The notes under the pieces: generated by a model | What the model was told of the DNA's origin: nothing | Seen by the model: the letters and a program-made list of their open reading frames with translations, nothing else | Databases searched by the model: none | Assembly (NCBI GenBank): GCA_001938485.1 | Contig: MQRK01217006.1 | Span: forward strand, 1-49,516 | Source of the DNA: Girardia tigrina | Taxonomy: Eukaryota | DNA: 49,516 nt | Direction: 5' to 3' | Shown: piece after piece, positions 49,461 to 49,516 of the stretch | Layout of the letters: each line of letters opens with the position of its first letter | Numbering within the stretch: the stretch's first letter is position 1 | Made by a program: the position numbers and the translations under genes

Positions 49461-49516
49461 GTTACCGTGGTTGCCATGGCAACGGTCGCGGTTACCATAG
49501 CAACGGTCGCGGTTAC
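49461..49516. repeat. 21-bp tandem repeat containing RFX X-box-like palindromes
   Basis: GTTGCCATGGCAAC then GTTACCATAGCAAC, each followed by GGTCGCG; runs off the window end. Confidence 0.7.

Overview
AT-rich eukaryotic (metazoan) genomic DNA, dominated by transposable elements. A flatworm/planarian origin is only my guess from composition and TE spectrum. One host gene is well supported: a minus-strand, three-exon Pygopus-like PHD-finger gene (28508-26843), whose second intron carries a TSD-flanked 28S rRNA fragment. Decayed TEs include two RLE-type (NeSL/R2-group) non-LTR retrotransposons, one with Ulp1-like protease domains, three Ty3/Gypsy elements, mariner, IS630/Tc1-type and hAT remnants, and several MITEs. 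The most unusual feature is a family of very long LTR-like units, about 2.8-3.1 kb when complete (9386-12446, 13409-16209, 16226-19082, truncated 30659-~33070, plus related pieces 12473-13405 and ~19130-19816). They have no conserved ORF. They share a TATA promoter, ETS-like motifs, splice-like signals on both strands and an ordered series of RNA hairpins kept by compensatory and G-U substitutions: a 78-nt pre-miRNA-like stem, a ~100-nt irregular stem, and a GAACCCGWAGGC/bulged-A/GGAGGCG domain near the LTR 3' end. All structures and alignments were read by eye; no searches or folding programs were run.
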